Shown: positions 18,722 to 28,520 of the stretch, one piece after another
How the letters are laid out: each line of letters begins with the position of its first letter
How positions within the stretch are numbered: the first letter of the stretch is position 1
Assembly: GCA_965216545.1 (NCBI GenBank)
Contig: OZ244172.1
Coordinates: forward strand, 1,670,763 to 1,734,762
DNA from: Bryobacterales bacterium
GTDB lineage: Bacteria > Acidobacteriota > Terriglobia > Bryobacterales > UBA6623
Direction: 5' to 3'
Length of the DNA stretch: 64,000 nucleotides
Position numbers and translations under genes: made by a program
The notes under the pieces: model-generated
Databases searched by the model: none
Told to the model about the DNA's origin: nothing
The model's input: only the letters and a program-made list of their open reading frames with translations

Positions 18722-19333
18722 TTGACCGCAATCCTGCTCCCCGTTAGGCTAGGTGTGTACGTGGAAGTCTACCGACCAGCACGGCAGTATCTTCCGGCGT
18801 CGTTAACCGCCTTCGCCCTGGCGATGTTCTCGGCGTGGTGCGGCATCGAGTGGGCGATGGCGTTTCTGCCGGCCGGACTGTTCGTCCTCAGCGCCCTGCT
18901 GTTGGGCTACTTGGGAACGCGACCCCCCATCGAGATCAGCGAGGATGGGCTGCGGATCGGCGCCAGGATGCTGCGCTGGTCCGACATTCGCAGTATCGAA
19001 TCGACGTCCTGGAATTCGCCGCTCGTTCTCAACCTCACGCTGTCGGGGGGCGAGAGCAGGCGGCTGGTCTACCCGGGCGATGTCGCCTCGGCGGACCGGC
19101 TCCTGCGGCAGTTCCGTCGATTGGCCCGAGGCACGGCGGTTGACGGCGTGGTGAGACCGCCGGCGCTACCGGAGACCGCCCCGATCCGCGTGGAGTCGCG
19201 AACCATTCACGCGCCGCGCCCTCGCCTGCTGCGGGCCGAAGACGAAGAGGACGTGCGACGGATCTATCGCAAGCTCAAGCGCGCGGGCCGCTCGGTGCAC
19301 GGCGCCGACGAGCGCAGCGATGGCGGCCAGTGA
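18722..19333 (+). CDS. Hypothetical membrane protein (two hydrophobic helices plus a small cytoplasmic PH-like segment)
   Basis: TTG start in the track. 'FALAMFSAWCGIEWAMAFLPAGLFVLSALLLGYLG' then 'IEISEDGLRIGARMLRWSDIRSIE'. Start codon uncertain. Confidence 0.5.
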   Translation: MTAILLPVRLGVYVEVYRPARQYLPASLTAFALAMFSAWCGIEWAMAFLPAGLFVLSALLLGYLGTRPPIEISEDGLRIGARMLRWSDIRSIESTSWNSPLVLNLTLSGGESRRLVYPGDVASADRLLRQFRRLARGTAVDGVVRPPALPETAPIRVESRTIHAPRPRLLRAEDEEDVRRIYRKLKRAGRSVHGADERSDGGQ

Positions 19334-19431
19334 CGGCGCCTGAGCTCGCCTGTCTACAATGAAACTGAGGTCTGCTTCGGGCTTCTAGCCCGAGGATCTC
19401 CCTTCCCGCCAGCGAGCGCCCGCCGGCCGAG

Positions 19432-21186
19432 ATGCTCTCGACGCTGCGTACCCTGCTGCCCTACCTGCTGCACTATCGCTGGCAGTACGCCGCTGGATTT
19501 GCGGCGCTAACCGCCCGCGTGGCGTTCGCCGCGTCGGTCCCGTTTACGCTCAAGTTTGTGATCGACGCTCTAGCCGCGCGAGCGACGACCGGGCTGCTGA
19601 TGCGCTACGCGGGGTTGCTGCTCGCCTTGGCCTTCGGCCGGGCCGTGTTCCAGTACGCCACCAGACGGATTTTGATGGGTGTCTCGCGCGACATCGAGTA
19701 CGAGCTGCGCAACGACTTCGCCGGACGCCTGCTCGAGATGCCTTTGCGGTTCTTCGGCTCGTTTTCGACGGGTGACCTGATGTCGCGCGCGGTGAACGAC
19801 CTCAACGCCGTCCGGATGATGCTCGGCCAGGGTCTGATGTTCGCCTTGGAGACGAGCCTGATGTTCGTGGCGATTCTCGGGGTGATGAGCACGGTCGATT
19901 GGCAGCTAACGGCACTGGTGTTTCTGCCCGTGCCGTTGGTCACGCTCACTGTTAGCCACTACGGCCGCAAGACGCACGAACGCTTCCTCGAAGTCCAGCA
20001 GGGAATGGCCAGCCTGACCACGGCTGTCGAAGAATCGCTCACCGCGGCGCGCACTATTCGAGCCTACGCCCGGGGCGACTCCGAGCTGCGCCGTTTCGGC
20101 GCGCGCAACGACCGCCTCTTCGACCGCAACATGGCCTTGATCAAGGTGTGGCAGAGGATGTACCCGCAGATCGAGCTGCTCACTGGATTGACCTATGCCA
20201 TCGTGCTTGGTTTCGGCGGCTGGCGCGCGATCGAGGGTGAGCTCACGGTGGGCGATTTCGTCATGTTCATGACTTATATGGGGATTCTGAGCTGGCCGAT
20301 GATCAGCGTCGGGTGGGTGATCAATCTAGCGGAGCGCGCCAGCGCGTCGTTGAGCCGTATCAACGAGGTGCTGCTGCACCCGGTGGCGATCGCGGACGGC
20401 GAGCGGACCGACTACGCGATCGCCGGGATCCGGGGCGACCTCGAGGTTCGCAACGTGAGCGTGCTTTACCCCGGCGCGGCCGAGCCGGCGCTCGCGGATG
20501 TCTCGGCGGAAATCCCGGCCGGAACGACGGTGGCCGTCGTCGGCGCGGTAGGCTCCGGCAAGACCACGCTGCTGCGGCTGGTTGCGCGATTGCTGGATCC
20601 GACGACCGGAACCGTGTTGGTTGACGGCTTGGAGCAGAGGACCATCCCGCTCGGACTGCTGCGCGGCTCGATTGGCTGCGTCCCGCAAGACAGCGCGCTG
20701 TTCCACCGCTCGGTGCGAGAGAACCTGCTGTTGGGCAAGCCGGACGCCGCGGACTGGGAGATCGAGGAAGCTTGCGGCGTCGCGCATGTCTGGGACGAAA
20801 TCCTCGCGCTTCCCCAGGGCTTGGACACACCGATCGGCGAACGGGGCGTGACGCTTTCGGGCGGCCAACGTCAGCGCCTGGCGCTGGCGCGGGCGCTGCT
20901 CCGCGATCCGCGCATTCTGATTCTCGATGACGCCCTCTCGCACGTCGATGCGGCGACCGAAGCGCAGATCCTGGACCGCCTGCGGGTCTATATGCGGAAC
21001 CGCACCGCGCTGATCGTCTCGCATCGCCCCGCCGCGGCGGAGATGGCGGATCAAGTGCTGACGCTCGAGGGCGGCCGCATCGTCGAGCGCGGCTCGCACC
21101 AGCAGCTCCTCGGCATGGGGGGGCGATACGCCCAGATCTACCGCCGGCAGACGCTCGAGGAGGAGTTGACCCGCGATGGCGGCTGA
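19432..21186 (+). CDS. ABC exporter, fused permease/ATPase (heterodimer partner 1, MdlA/B-like)
   Basis: Six-helix TMD followed by Walker A 'GAVGSGKTT', signature 'LSGGQRQR' and Walker B 'ILILDD'. Confidence 0.9.
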   Translation: MLSTLRTLLPYLLHYRWQYAAGFAALTARVAFAASVPFTLKFVIDALAARATTGLLMRYAGLLLALAFGRAVFQYATRRILMGVSRDIEYELRNDFAGRLLEMPLRFFGSFSTGDLMSRAVNDLNAVRMMLGQGLMFALETSLMFVAILGVMSTVDWQLTALVFLPVPLVTLTVSHYGRKTHERFLEVQQGMASLTTAVEESLTAARTIRAYARGDSELRRFGARNDRLFDRNMALIKVWQRMYPQIELLTGLTYAIVLGFGGWRAIEGELTVGDFVMFMTYMGILSWPMISVGWVINLAERASASLSRINEVLLHPVAIADGERTDYAIAGIRGDLEVRNVSVLYPGAAEPALADVSAEIPAGTTVAVVGAVGSGKTTLLRLVARLLDPTTGTVLVDGLEQRTIPLGLLRGSIGCVPQDSALFHRSVRENLLLGKPDAADWEIEEACGVAHVWDEILALPQGLDTPIGERGVTLSGGQRQRLALARALLRDPRILILDDALSHVDAATEAQILDRLRVYMRNRTALIVSHRPAAAEMADQVLTLEGGRIVERGSHQQLLGMGGRYAQIYRRQTLEEELTRDGG

Positions 21187-22996
21187 CAGCGCGGCCTCGC
21201 ACGGCCAGATGCCCGATGGCGCGCTGGCGCGGCGCTTGTTGGCGTACCTGGCGCCGTACCGCTCCTGGGCTGTCGGCTCGGTCGTGCTGCTCGTCTGCCA
21301 TTCTCTGTTGGGCGCCGTCGGGCCGGTGCTGACGAAGATGGCGGTCGACCATTCGCTGCGCCCATCGGGCCCTCGGATGTTTCCCGAAACGCTTCTGCCG
21401 GCGGACCGCGTCGAGGGGCTGCTCGCGATCACCGCCGTCTACGCCGGCGTCCTACTCATGATCTACCTGCTCCGGGCTTGGCAGATCGCGCTGATGAACC
21501 GTACCGGACAGCGGGTGATGCACGATTTGCGACGAGAGGTGTTCGCTCGGCTGCAACGGATGAGCATCCAGTCCTTCGATCGCGGCCGCGTCGGCCAGTT
21601 GGTGACGCGCACGACGACGGATGTAGGTGCGCTGAGCGAGATGTTTACCTCAGGCGTGGTCGCCGTCGCGGGCGACCTGCTGACGCTGGTCTTCATCACC
21701 GCCGCGATGCTGTGGCTGAGCCCAGCGCTCACCCTGGCCATGGGCGCGGTCGCTCCGGCCGTGCTCCTGATCACGGCCTGGTTTCGCCGCCGGACGCGAC
21801 GGGACTACCGCGAAGTGCGCAGCGCGATCTCGCGCATCCACTCCTACTTTCAAGAGACCATCCCGGCCGTCTCGATTCTGCAATTGTTCAACCGCGAGCA
21901 GCACAGCTACACCGAGCTCGACGAGCTCAACGAAGAACACCGTCGAGCCAACTTGAGCGCGGTGCGAGCCCAGGCGCTATTCTTCCCCGCCGTCGAGCTG
22001 CTGGCGGTTTTCGCGGTGTGCTCGTTGCTGGTGGCCGGCGGATGGCTGATGGAGAATCAGGGCCTCTCGCTCGGCGTCGTCGTGGCGTTCTTGCAATACG
22101 GTTCGCGGGTGTTTCGGCCGCTGCGCGAGCTGAGCGAAAAGATCAATCTGTTCCAGTCGGCAATGGCGGCCGCCGAGCGCATCTTCGAGCTCCTCGATAC
22201 GCCGCCCGACGAGCCGGAGGAAGGCGCCCCGCCGCCCGTTAAGCGGGTCGCGCAAAGCGTGGAGTTCGACCAGGTCTGGTTCGCCTATCGAGGGGAGGAC
22301 TGGGTGCTGACCGACGTCAGCTTCGCGGTTGAGCCCGGGGAGATGGTGGCTCTGGTGGGTCACACCGGCTCCGGCAAGACCAGCCTGCTCAACCTGCTGC
22401 TGCGGTTCTACGAGCCGCAACGGGGACGGATCCTGGTCGGCGGGCGCGACATTCGCGAGTGGCCCAGGCAGCAGCTGCGCCGGCAGTTCGGCGTGGTGTT
22501 GCAGGACACCGCGCTGCTCTCGGGCACGATCGCGGAGAACATCCGTCTGGACGACGAGGCGATCAACCACGAGCGGGTCGTGGAAGCAGCGCTGAAGACG
22601 CGGCTCGATCAGATGGTGAGACGTTTGCCGGACGGCTACGAGTCCGAGACGGGCGAGCGCGGCGCGCAGCTCTCGGCCGGCGAACGTCAACTCGTGGGAT
22701 TCACGCGGGCGCTGGCTCACAATCCCGCGTTCTTGTTGCTCGATGAGGCGACGTCGGCGATTGACCCCGAGACCGAGCGTCACATCCAGAGCGCCCTGGC
22801 GCGCGTGGTCGAAGGGCACGCCTCGATCGTGGTCGCTCATCGTCTTTCCACTATTCGCCGCGCAGACCGCATCGTGGTGATGCACAAGGGTCGCGTCCGC
22901 GAGGTTGGCAAGCATCAGGAGCTCTTCGACGCTGGAGGCCTCTACGCCAAGCTCTACCGGCTGCAATTCGCCGACCAAGAGTCGTCGCCGCAATAG
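21176..22996 (+). CDS. ABC exporter, fused permease/ATPase (heterodimer partner 2)
   Basis: Overlaps the previous gene by 11 nt. Walker A 'GHTGSGKTS', signature 'LSAGERQL', Walker B 'FLLLDE'. Confidence 0.9.
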   Translation: MAADSAASHGQMPDGALARRLLAYLAPYRSWAVGSVVLLVCHSLLGAVGPVLTKMAVDHSLRPSGPRMFPETLLPADRVEGLLAITAVYAGVLLMIYLLRAWQIALMNRTGQRVMHDLRREVFARLQRMSIQSFDRGRVGQLVTRTTTDVGALSEMFTSGVVAVAGDLLTLVFITAAMLWLSPALTLAMGAVAPAVLLITAWFRRRTRRDYREVRSAISRIHSYFQETIPAVSILQLFNREQHSYTELDELNEEHRRANLSAVRAQALFFPAVELLAVFAVCSLLVAGGWLMENQGLSLGVVVAFLQYGSRVFRPLRELSEKINLFQSAMAAAERIFELLDTPPDEPEEGAPPPVKRVAQSVEFDQVWFAYRGEDWVLTDVSFAVEPGEMVALVGHTGSGKTSLLNLLLRFYEPQRGRILVGGRDIREWPRQQLRRQFGVVLQDTALLSGTIAENIRLDDEAINHERVVEAALKTRLDQMVRRLPDGYESETGERGAQLSAGERQLVGFTRALAHNPAFLLLDEATSAIDPETERHIQSALARVVEGHASIVVAHRLSTIRRADRIVVMHKGRVREVGKHQELFDAGGLYAKLYRLQFADQESSPQ

Positions 22997-23010
22997 CCGG
23001 CGGCGCGGAA

Positions 23011-24957
23011 CTACCAATCCAGACGCGCGCCGACCTCGAGCCCCCTCCGCGCGGCCTCGCCGGCGGCCAGCTCCAGCACGTAGCGAGATGGTTCGGCGGG
23101 CCCGAATGAGGGGCAGATCTGGGTTTCGCACGGCGGCGTATCGGGGTGAATGAAGATGATCTCGCGCTCAGCGTTCATCCAGATGATGTCCAGAGGAGCA
23201 AGGGTGTTGAGCATCCAGAAACTGTAGACGCCGTCGCTCTCGAAAAGGAAGAGCATGCCCTTTTCTGGGGGGACGACGGGGCGGTGCATCAGACCGCGAG
23301 CGCGCTCGGAGGCCGTCACCGCGAGCTCGGCTTGAACGATCTCGCCCGATGGCAGTGTGACCGGCGTGGATGCGAGGTGAACGGGGCCGAGGTCGACCTC
23401 AACCTGGTCGTCACGGCGAAAGACGATCCAGCCGGCGGCCCCCTGGGTCGCGAGCTCCAGCGGCTCGTAGACGGCGTCGCTGAAAGTCAGCGAGACGCGT
23501 TGCGAAGGCACGTTCGCAAGGAAAGCTCGCGGGACGTGCAGCTCGGTCGCGTCGGCGCTCGAGCTACACAGGGCAAACTCGGGGCCGAGGCTCGAGGAAC
23601 CGGTTCCGATGGAGGCCAGAATCCTGCGGCGCGCCCGCCCGTCGGCCTCGTAGGCGATCGTCAGACCGCTCTCGCGGGCGAGTGCGGGCAGCGCCTCGCG
23701 GTTGAAGAAGCGCGCCGGCAAGCCCGTCTCCAAGCGCCCGGAGAAGGCTGGAAAGCCATCAGCACCGGCCGACTCCACGGTATAGGGCCCTGGCTCGAGC
23801 AGCAGGTTCGATTCCGGAGTCGCGAGGTGGGTCGGCTGGCCGAGGGAGAAAGGAGGCTCGGCCCAACTCGGGTCCGCGGCGGGATTCACCGCGAGAGTCC
23901 CTTGGCCGATGGGCCCGCTCACCGCGATCGACTCGACGAACGCCATTCCAAACGGGTTCGAGGAGGTGACGATTGGCGGCGTCAGGCACGAGCCTGCCGG
24001 CGGCGTACGAGCGATGTCGTCGCGCCGCAGCGGAAGCTCCGGGGCGGCCGTCGATCGGGACGCCTGAATCAGCGTCGTCGCGCGCGCCTCCTCGATGACC
24101 GCGTCGAGCACGAAGGTGCGGTTGAGCTCGATCTCGGCAAGCTCGCCCATGAACGGCGCCAGCAAGCCGTCGTGGCTCTCTTCACACCCTTCGCCCGGCG
24201 CGGCGATGCCGACGGTGACCACATTGCTCACCAAGTCGTCGCCAATCTCCGCCCAAACCGGAACGAAGCACCCGAGCGACGCTTCGAGCGGGACGACGTA
24301 GTTGATCTGGTCCAACCCCACGCAGCACGGTGCGCGGCCGTGATAGAAGATATCCGCCTCTACGCCCGCGACGAACACTCGAGCACGCGCGGGCAGGTCG
24401 CCGGCGGGTGCGGGGAATAGGTCTCCCTCAGGCGCCGGGCCAAGACCGGTCGCCCACAGCGTCGCGGCGTCTCCGGGGTGGAGCGGGACGAGCGGGTCGG
24501 CGCCGGCGGGTCGGGCCCGGCCATAGGCCGCCTCCTGAGCCTCGAAGATGCCGACACTCGCCTGGACCACCTTGATCCACAGTTCATTCGAGGCGACCCC
24601 GTCGCGCACGATGCGCAGCCGGTGCAGACCAACCGGGACGGCGGACGGCAGGATGGCGTTGATCTGGTTGGCGCCGACGTAGAGCAGCGGCGCGAGCAAC
24701 GTCTCGCCGCCCGCTGTCACGATCAGCGCCTGTACGCCGCCGAGGGCCGTCGGCAAGGGCAGCTCGCGAGCTTCGAGCCCGCGCGGGCCCAAGCTCTCAC
24801 CGAAAACGGAAAAGATTGACCCGCGCGCTAGCGCGCCCCCGGGTACGGCGGGAGAGAGGTAGCTGGCGGCGTTGACCGCGCCGGAGGGGAAGATGCGCGG
24901 CTGCGCAACGAGGCCTGCGACCGTGATGAGGACCGCCAGGACGAGTCGCAGGGCCAC
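23011..24957 (-). CDS. Secreted fusion protein: N-terminal TIGR03437-type domain, unknown middle region, C-terminal DUF192 domain
   Basis: Signal MALRLVLAVLITVAGLVAQ. 'IFPSGAVNAASY...GSIFSVFGESLG...FYHGRAPCCVGLDQINYVVP' (TIGR03437-like). C-terminus 'ERARGLMHRP...GMLFLFESDGVYSFWMLNTLAPLDIIWMN...YVLELAAGEA' (DUF192-like). Confidence 0.75.
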   Translation of the reverse strand: MALRLVLAVLITVAGLVAQPRIFPSGAVNAASYLSPAVPGGALARGSIFSVFGESLGPRGLEARELPLPTALGGVQALIVTAGGETLLAPLLYVGANQINAILPSAVPVGLHRLRIVRDGVASNELWIKVVQASVGIFEAQEAAYGRARPAGADPLVPLHPGDAATLWATGLGPAPEGDLFPAPAGDLPARARVFVAGVEADIFYHGRAPCCVGLDQINYVVPLEASLGCFVPVWAEIGDDLVSNVVTVGIAAPGEGCEESHDGLLAPFMGELAEIELNRTFVLDAVIEEARATTLIQASRSTAAPELPLRRDDIARTPPAGSCLTPPIVTSSNPFGMAFVESIAVSGPIGQGTLAVNPAADPSWAEPPFSLGQPTHLATPESNLLLEPGPYTVESAGADGFPAFSGRLETGLPARFFNREALPALARESGLTIAYEADGRARRRILASIGTGSSSLGPEFALCSSSADATELHVPRAFLANVPSQRVSLTFSDAVYEPLELATQGAAGWIVFRRDDQVEVDLGPVHLASTPVTLPSGEIVQAELAVTASERARGLMHRPVVPPEKGMLFLFESDGVYSFWMLNTLAPLDIIWMNAEREIIFIHPDTPPCETQICPSFGPAEPSRYVLELAAGEAARRGLEVGARLDW

Positions 24958-25003
24958 TCTGTCAGTTTAGACGGCGAAGGTCGCGGCGCTCCTCGGCTCG
25001 GGC

Positions 25004-27136
25004 CTACTCGAGAACCAGGTAGGCGCTGTCCTGGTAGACGACCGTCTGCAGCCCGTGCTGCTCGGCGGCCGCACGCAAGGCTTCGCCGGTGGGACTGGTG
25101 GGGAGAACCAAGTATTCCGGGCCCGACGCCTGGATGACTCGGCCGATGAGCTCGGCCTTGGCGTCCGACATCGGCCCGCGAAGCTCGATGCAGCGAAATC
25201 GAAGCGGATCGCGAGCGTAGCCGAGCGCACAGTTGCCCACGGCCAGGGCGTCTTGCTCAGGCGCCATGCGGGCATTGAGAAACTCGACCGAGGCGTAGCC
25301 GGACAGCATGGCGCGCAGGTATTGATCGCGGTCGAGCTGACGCGCGAAATAGCGCAGTTGGATCGGGTTGATCTCGAGCAGCAGCGCGGGCAACGCGGCG
25401 AATGAGAAGCAATACGCAAAAGCCGCTACGGCGATGCGGCGCACCCAGCGATTGGCAGAGTCCGCGAGCGCCTCGACACGGTGCGCGGTCAACAGAGTCA
25501 ACAGGAATAGCAGCGGACCGCCATAGCGCACCACGCCCCAGCTATAGATCCAATAGACGCCGAAGAGTGCGCAGAACACCAGGCAATCGCGCTCGTTCGC
25601 CGAACCCTCCCGGCGGCGCAGCAGCAGCCACGAGGCGGAGAAGAAGAGGAGGTAGAAGCCGAGCGGATTGTCCGACGGCCCCTCGTTGGTCAAGCGGCCG
25701 CGGAAGTGCGCGATCCACGGATAGCTAATCCGGTCGAGCCAAGGGGTGCGGCTCATGCCGCCCACCGCCGGCAGCGCTGTCGCCGCATACTCCACGCCAG
25801 CAGGGAATACCGGGTTGCCGGTGGCGAGCCAGGTCCTCAGGTGCCAACTGAAGCCGACCGCCAAGCACACCGCGGCCATCGCCGCCCCCAACCGCCAGCG
25901 CGCACGCTGGCGCCAGAGGCGCCCGAGGGCGAGCAGGCCCAGCGGAACAGCGCCGAACAGCGCAACGTGTTTCGTCCCGAAACAGAGCCCGAGAAAGAAA
26001 GCGGCAAGCAGCAGGCGGCGCCGCGGCTGGCCGTCGCGAGCGGCGATGACGCAGAGCAAGGTCGCGAGCTCGAAGTAGGTCAGCATGCTGTCGTTCTTGG
26101 CGATGGCGCCGCTCCAGCTCAGCACGGGAATCGTCATCCCGGCGGCTAATCCCGCCACGGCCGCCGTGCGGGAGAGACCGCAGCGGCGGCCGATGGCGAG
26201 CAGGGCGAGCCAGGCGAGCAGGGCGAACAGCGGTGAGATCAACTGGGCGGCCGGTTGGCCGGCCAGCGCCCAAACCGCCGTCAGCAACGCCTCGAACGAC
26301 TGCGGATAGTAGAAGTAGGCGGCGGAATGCCCCAACGAGAACAGTCTGCGGCTGCCTTCCTGGTAGACCCCGGGCAGGATGGGCAGCGGCGTGAGCTCGC
26401 CGGTCGCCAAATAGTGGCGGGCCGCCGGCATGTGGAACGAGATCGGGTCGGTCGCGGTGGCCGGCGCCATCGCCGCCAGCCACATGGCCGCTAGAAACAG
26501 CGGAAGGAAAGCGACCAAGACCGCGATCAGCGGCGAAGATCCGCGTGCGACCTCGCCCCAAGCGCGATCGAGCCGGCGTAGGGCGCGCCAAGCTTCAGGG
26601 ATGCGGCTGCGAAACGCCGCCAGGGCGCCAGCGATCAGAGCTGCGAACAGCCACGGGTCGAGCAACCCGGAGAGTCCGAGCGCGATGAGGGCCAGGATCC
26701 ACAGCCCGATTCCAGTCCCGGTCGGCAGAGCCAGGCTCTCGGCAGCGGACGCCCCGCCAAGCCCGAGCCGGCGCAAGGCGGCCGACCCGGCGGCGTAGCA
26801 GGCCAGCGCCCACACGCCTACGACGATCAACGCTAACGGCTCCTGGACGAGCGTTACGACGACGGCGAGAGCAGCGGCGAGACGCAACTCGCGCCCGCGC
26901 CACGCCGGCGGGCAGAACCGATGGTAGAGCCAACCCGCCGCCGCGAGGCTGAGCAGGACCGCGACGATGGCCGGGCCGACCCCGGGTCCGGTATCTCGGA
27001 AGTACCCCAGGTGCCAGCCCAATGGCCCTAGCGTGAGCGCCAACCCGGCGCACGCCCAGGCGAGCCATAGCACGTGCACCGCGGCCCGGCCCAGCGGCGG
27101 ACGCGGCTCGAGCTGCGATGGCGTCGCTGAGCTCAA
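25004..27136 (-). CDS. Large polytopic membrane protein, possible GT-C fold (PMT/ArnT-like) glycosyltransferase with C-terminal soluble domain
   Basis: More than 12 hydrophobic helices. Loop 'TDPISFHMPAARHYLATGE' resembles the first periplasmic loop of GT-C enzymes. The functional call is weak. Confidence 0.6.
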   Translation of the reverse strand: MSSATPSQLEPRPPLGRAAVHVLWLAWACAGLALTLGPLGWHLGYFRDTGPGVGPAIVAVLLSLAAAGWLYHRFCPPAWRGRELRLAAALAVVVTLVQEPLALIVVGVWALACYAAGSAALRRLGLGGASAAESLALPTGTGIGLWILALIALGLSGLLDPWLFAALIAGALAAFRSRIPEAWRALRRLDRAWGEVARGSSPLIAVLVAFLPLFLAAMWLAAMAPATATDPISFHMPAARHYLATGELTPLPILPGVYQEGSRRLFSLGHSAAYFYYPQSFEALLTAVWALAGQPAAQLISPLFALLAWLALLAIGRRCGLSRTAAVAGLAAGMTIPVLSWSGAIAKNDSMLTYFELATLLCVIAARDGQPRRRLLLAAFFLGLCFGTKHVALFGAVPLGLLALGRLWRQRARWRLGAAMAAVCLAVGFSWHLRTWLATGNPVFPAGVEYAATALPAVGGMSRTPWLDRISYPWIAHFRGRLTNEGPSDNPLGFYLLFFSASWLLLRRREGSANERDCLVFCALFGVYWIYSWGVVRYGGPLLFLLTLLTAHRVEALADSANRWVRRIAVAAFAYCFSFAALPALLLEINPIQLRYFARQLDRDQYLRAMLSGYASVEFLNARMAPEQDALAVGNCALGYARDPLRFRCIELRGPMSDAKAELIGRVIQASGPEYLVLPTSPTGEALRAAAEQHGLQTVVYQDSAYLVLE

Positions 27137-27170
27137 GGCCCCAGCGTAGTGAAAACAACCCGGCGGGCGC

Positions 27171-27413
27171 TCAGATTCCCAGCCGGTCGAGCAGATCAGG
27201 CTCGAGCGGTTCCGCCTCGGCCAATTCCTCGCGCAACGCTTTCACCAGCCCCGCCATCTCCCCCCCAAAGCGCTCGCACCAGTCGCAGCCGCGAAGATGC
27301 GCTTCGAGGTTCTCGCGTGCGTCGGCGGCGAGCTCGTTGTCGAGATAGTCGGAGAGCCGCTCGAGCACTTCGAAGCAGAACAAGCCCGCGACTTTTCGTT
27401 GCTGCGGTTTCAT
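27171..27413 (-). CDS. Cytoplasmic zinc-binding (ZAS, RsrA-like) anti-sigma factor
   Basis: Start moved to 'MKPQQ' (ATGA overlap with the sigma stop at 27410-27413). Exact HxxxCxxC motif 'HLRGCDWC' plus an upstream Cys ('LFCFEV'). 80 aa, no TM helix. Confidence 0.7.
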   Translation of the reverse strand: MKPQQRKVAGLFCFEVLERLSDYLDNELAADARENLEAHLRGCDWCERFGGEMAGLVKALREELAEAEPLEPDLLDRLGI

Positions 27414-27979
27414 GAGCGCCTCCCGGCTCGAACGGCGACGGCCAATCGCAAACGCGCCCGATGTAGCCGGCTCTTCATCGCCGCCTGGCTCAGCCCGAGC
27501 ACAACGCACGTACGGTCGCCACGCATACCTTCCAAGTCGCGCAACAGCAGGATCTCACGGTCGTTGGGCCGCAGGGAATCGAGCGCTTGCCTTAGCCGGT
27601 CGCGATCTTCGGCTAACACGGCCAGCGACTCCGGGTCGTCCTCGCCCCAACCGGCGGCGCGGCCCAGAGCCTCTAGATCGCCGATCGGCTGCGGCGCGCG
27701 AGCCCGCCGGCTGTTGAGGCGATACGCCGCGTTCCTCAGGATCGTGAACAACCAGGTTTGGAGGGAAGCCTCGCCGCGGAAGCCGGACAGGGACTCGAGC
27801 GCCGCCACCAGAGCGTCCTGCAGAACGTCCTCGGCGTCTTCGCGGCGAGCGGTCAGAGTCCGAGCGTAACGGAACAGGCTGGGACCGTGACGCTCGGCAA
27901 TCGCGCGAAAGGCCGCGCGATCGCCCCGGCGGGCTCTCTCGACTAGCTCTTCGTCGCCGTGGACTCCCGCAGCGGACAA
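27410..27979 (-). CDS. ECF-type RNA polymerase sigma factor
   Basis: 'ELVERARRGDRAAFRAIAERHGPSLFRYA' (region 2). 'EILLLRDLEGMRGDRTCVVLGLSQAAMKSRLHRARLRL' (region 4). Confidence 0.85.
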   Translation of the reverse strand: MSAAGVHGDEELVERARRGDRAAFRAIAERHGPSLFRYARTLTARREDAEDVLQDALVAALESLSGFRGEASLQTWLFTILRNAAYRLNSRRARAPQPIGDLEALGRAAGWGEDDPESLAVLAEDRDRLRQALDSLRPNDREILLLRDLEGMRGDRTCVVLGLSQAAMKSRLHRARLRLAVAVRAGRRS

Positions 27980-28164
27980 GTGGACACTCCCAACAAGCTG
28001 TACAGCGGACAGCTCCCTAGAATACCCGTCGCCAAGGGAACGACGCCAATCCAGCCCCAGGGCGCCAGCGGCCCCATCGCGGCGCCGCCAATCAGGGCCG
28101 CTCCCGCGAGAACGCGGACCACGCGATCCGCTGCGCCTTCATTCTTCATTCCTAGCTTGGTCAT
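27943..28164 (-). CDS. DUF2892 (YgaP C-terminal-like) small membrane protein
   Basis: Start set at 'MTKLGMKNEG' (GAGGAG 8 nt upstream). 'DRVVRVLAGAALIGGA...GWIGVVPLATGILGSCPLYSLLGVSTCPL' is the DUF2892 pattern as I recall it. Confidence 0.65.
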   Translation of the reverse strand: MTKLGMKNEGAADRVVRVLAGAALIGGAAMGPLAPWGWIGVVPLATGILGSCPLYSLLGVSTCPLRESTATKS

Positions 28165-28264
28165 CTTCGTTTCTCCTCGTTCGCGGCCCATCGCCGCTGT
28201 CTTCACAGGCGTAGAGTCACGAGGCCGCAAAAGGATTCACAGGGCGCGGAAGCTTTTTCGGCGC

Positions 28265-28486
28265 CTATCGACGACCCAACCAGGAGAGCGCCAGGGTGAG
28301 CAGCACGCTGAGCACGATGGAGGTGACGATGGGGAAGTAGACGGTGGTGTTTTTCCCACGCCAGACGACGTCGCCGGGAAGGTTGAACGGGCGGATCCCG
28401 AGCTTGGGGCCGATCAGCACGACTACGCCGAGCAGCGCCAAGCCGAGACCCAGAAAGATCAGAATCTTCCCGAGGTGCATCGGCAT
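28265..28486 (-). CDS. DUF2905 family small membrane protein
   Basis: 'LGKILIFLGLGLALLGVVVLIGPKLG...LPGDVVWRGKNTTVYFPIVTSIVLSVLLTL' matches the DUF2905 pattern. Confidence 0.7.
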   Translation of the reverse strand: MPMHLGKILIFLGLGLALLGVVVLIGPKLGIRPFNLPGDVVWRGKNTTVYFPIVTSIVLSVLLTLALSWLGRR

Positions 28487-28520
28487 GCCATCTTACACCA
28501 CCGGGGTGGCGCCGCTGCCG

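Noticed and set aside
20326-21432. 368-aa and 330-aa minus-strand ORFs across the junction of the two ABC exporter genes
   Set aside because: They are antisense to genes with complete Walker A, signature and Walker B motifs, and their translations are Arg/Ala/Pro-rich.
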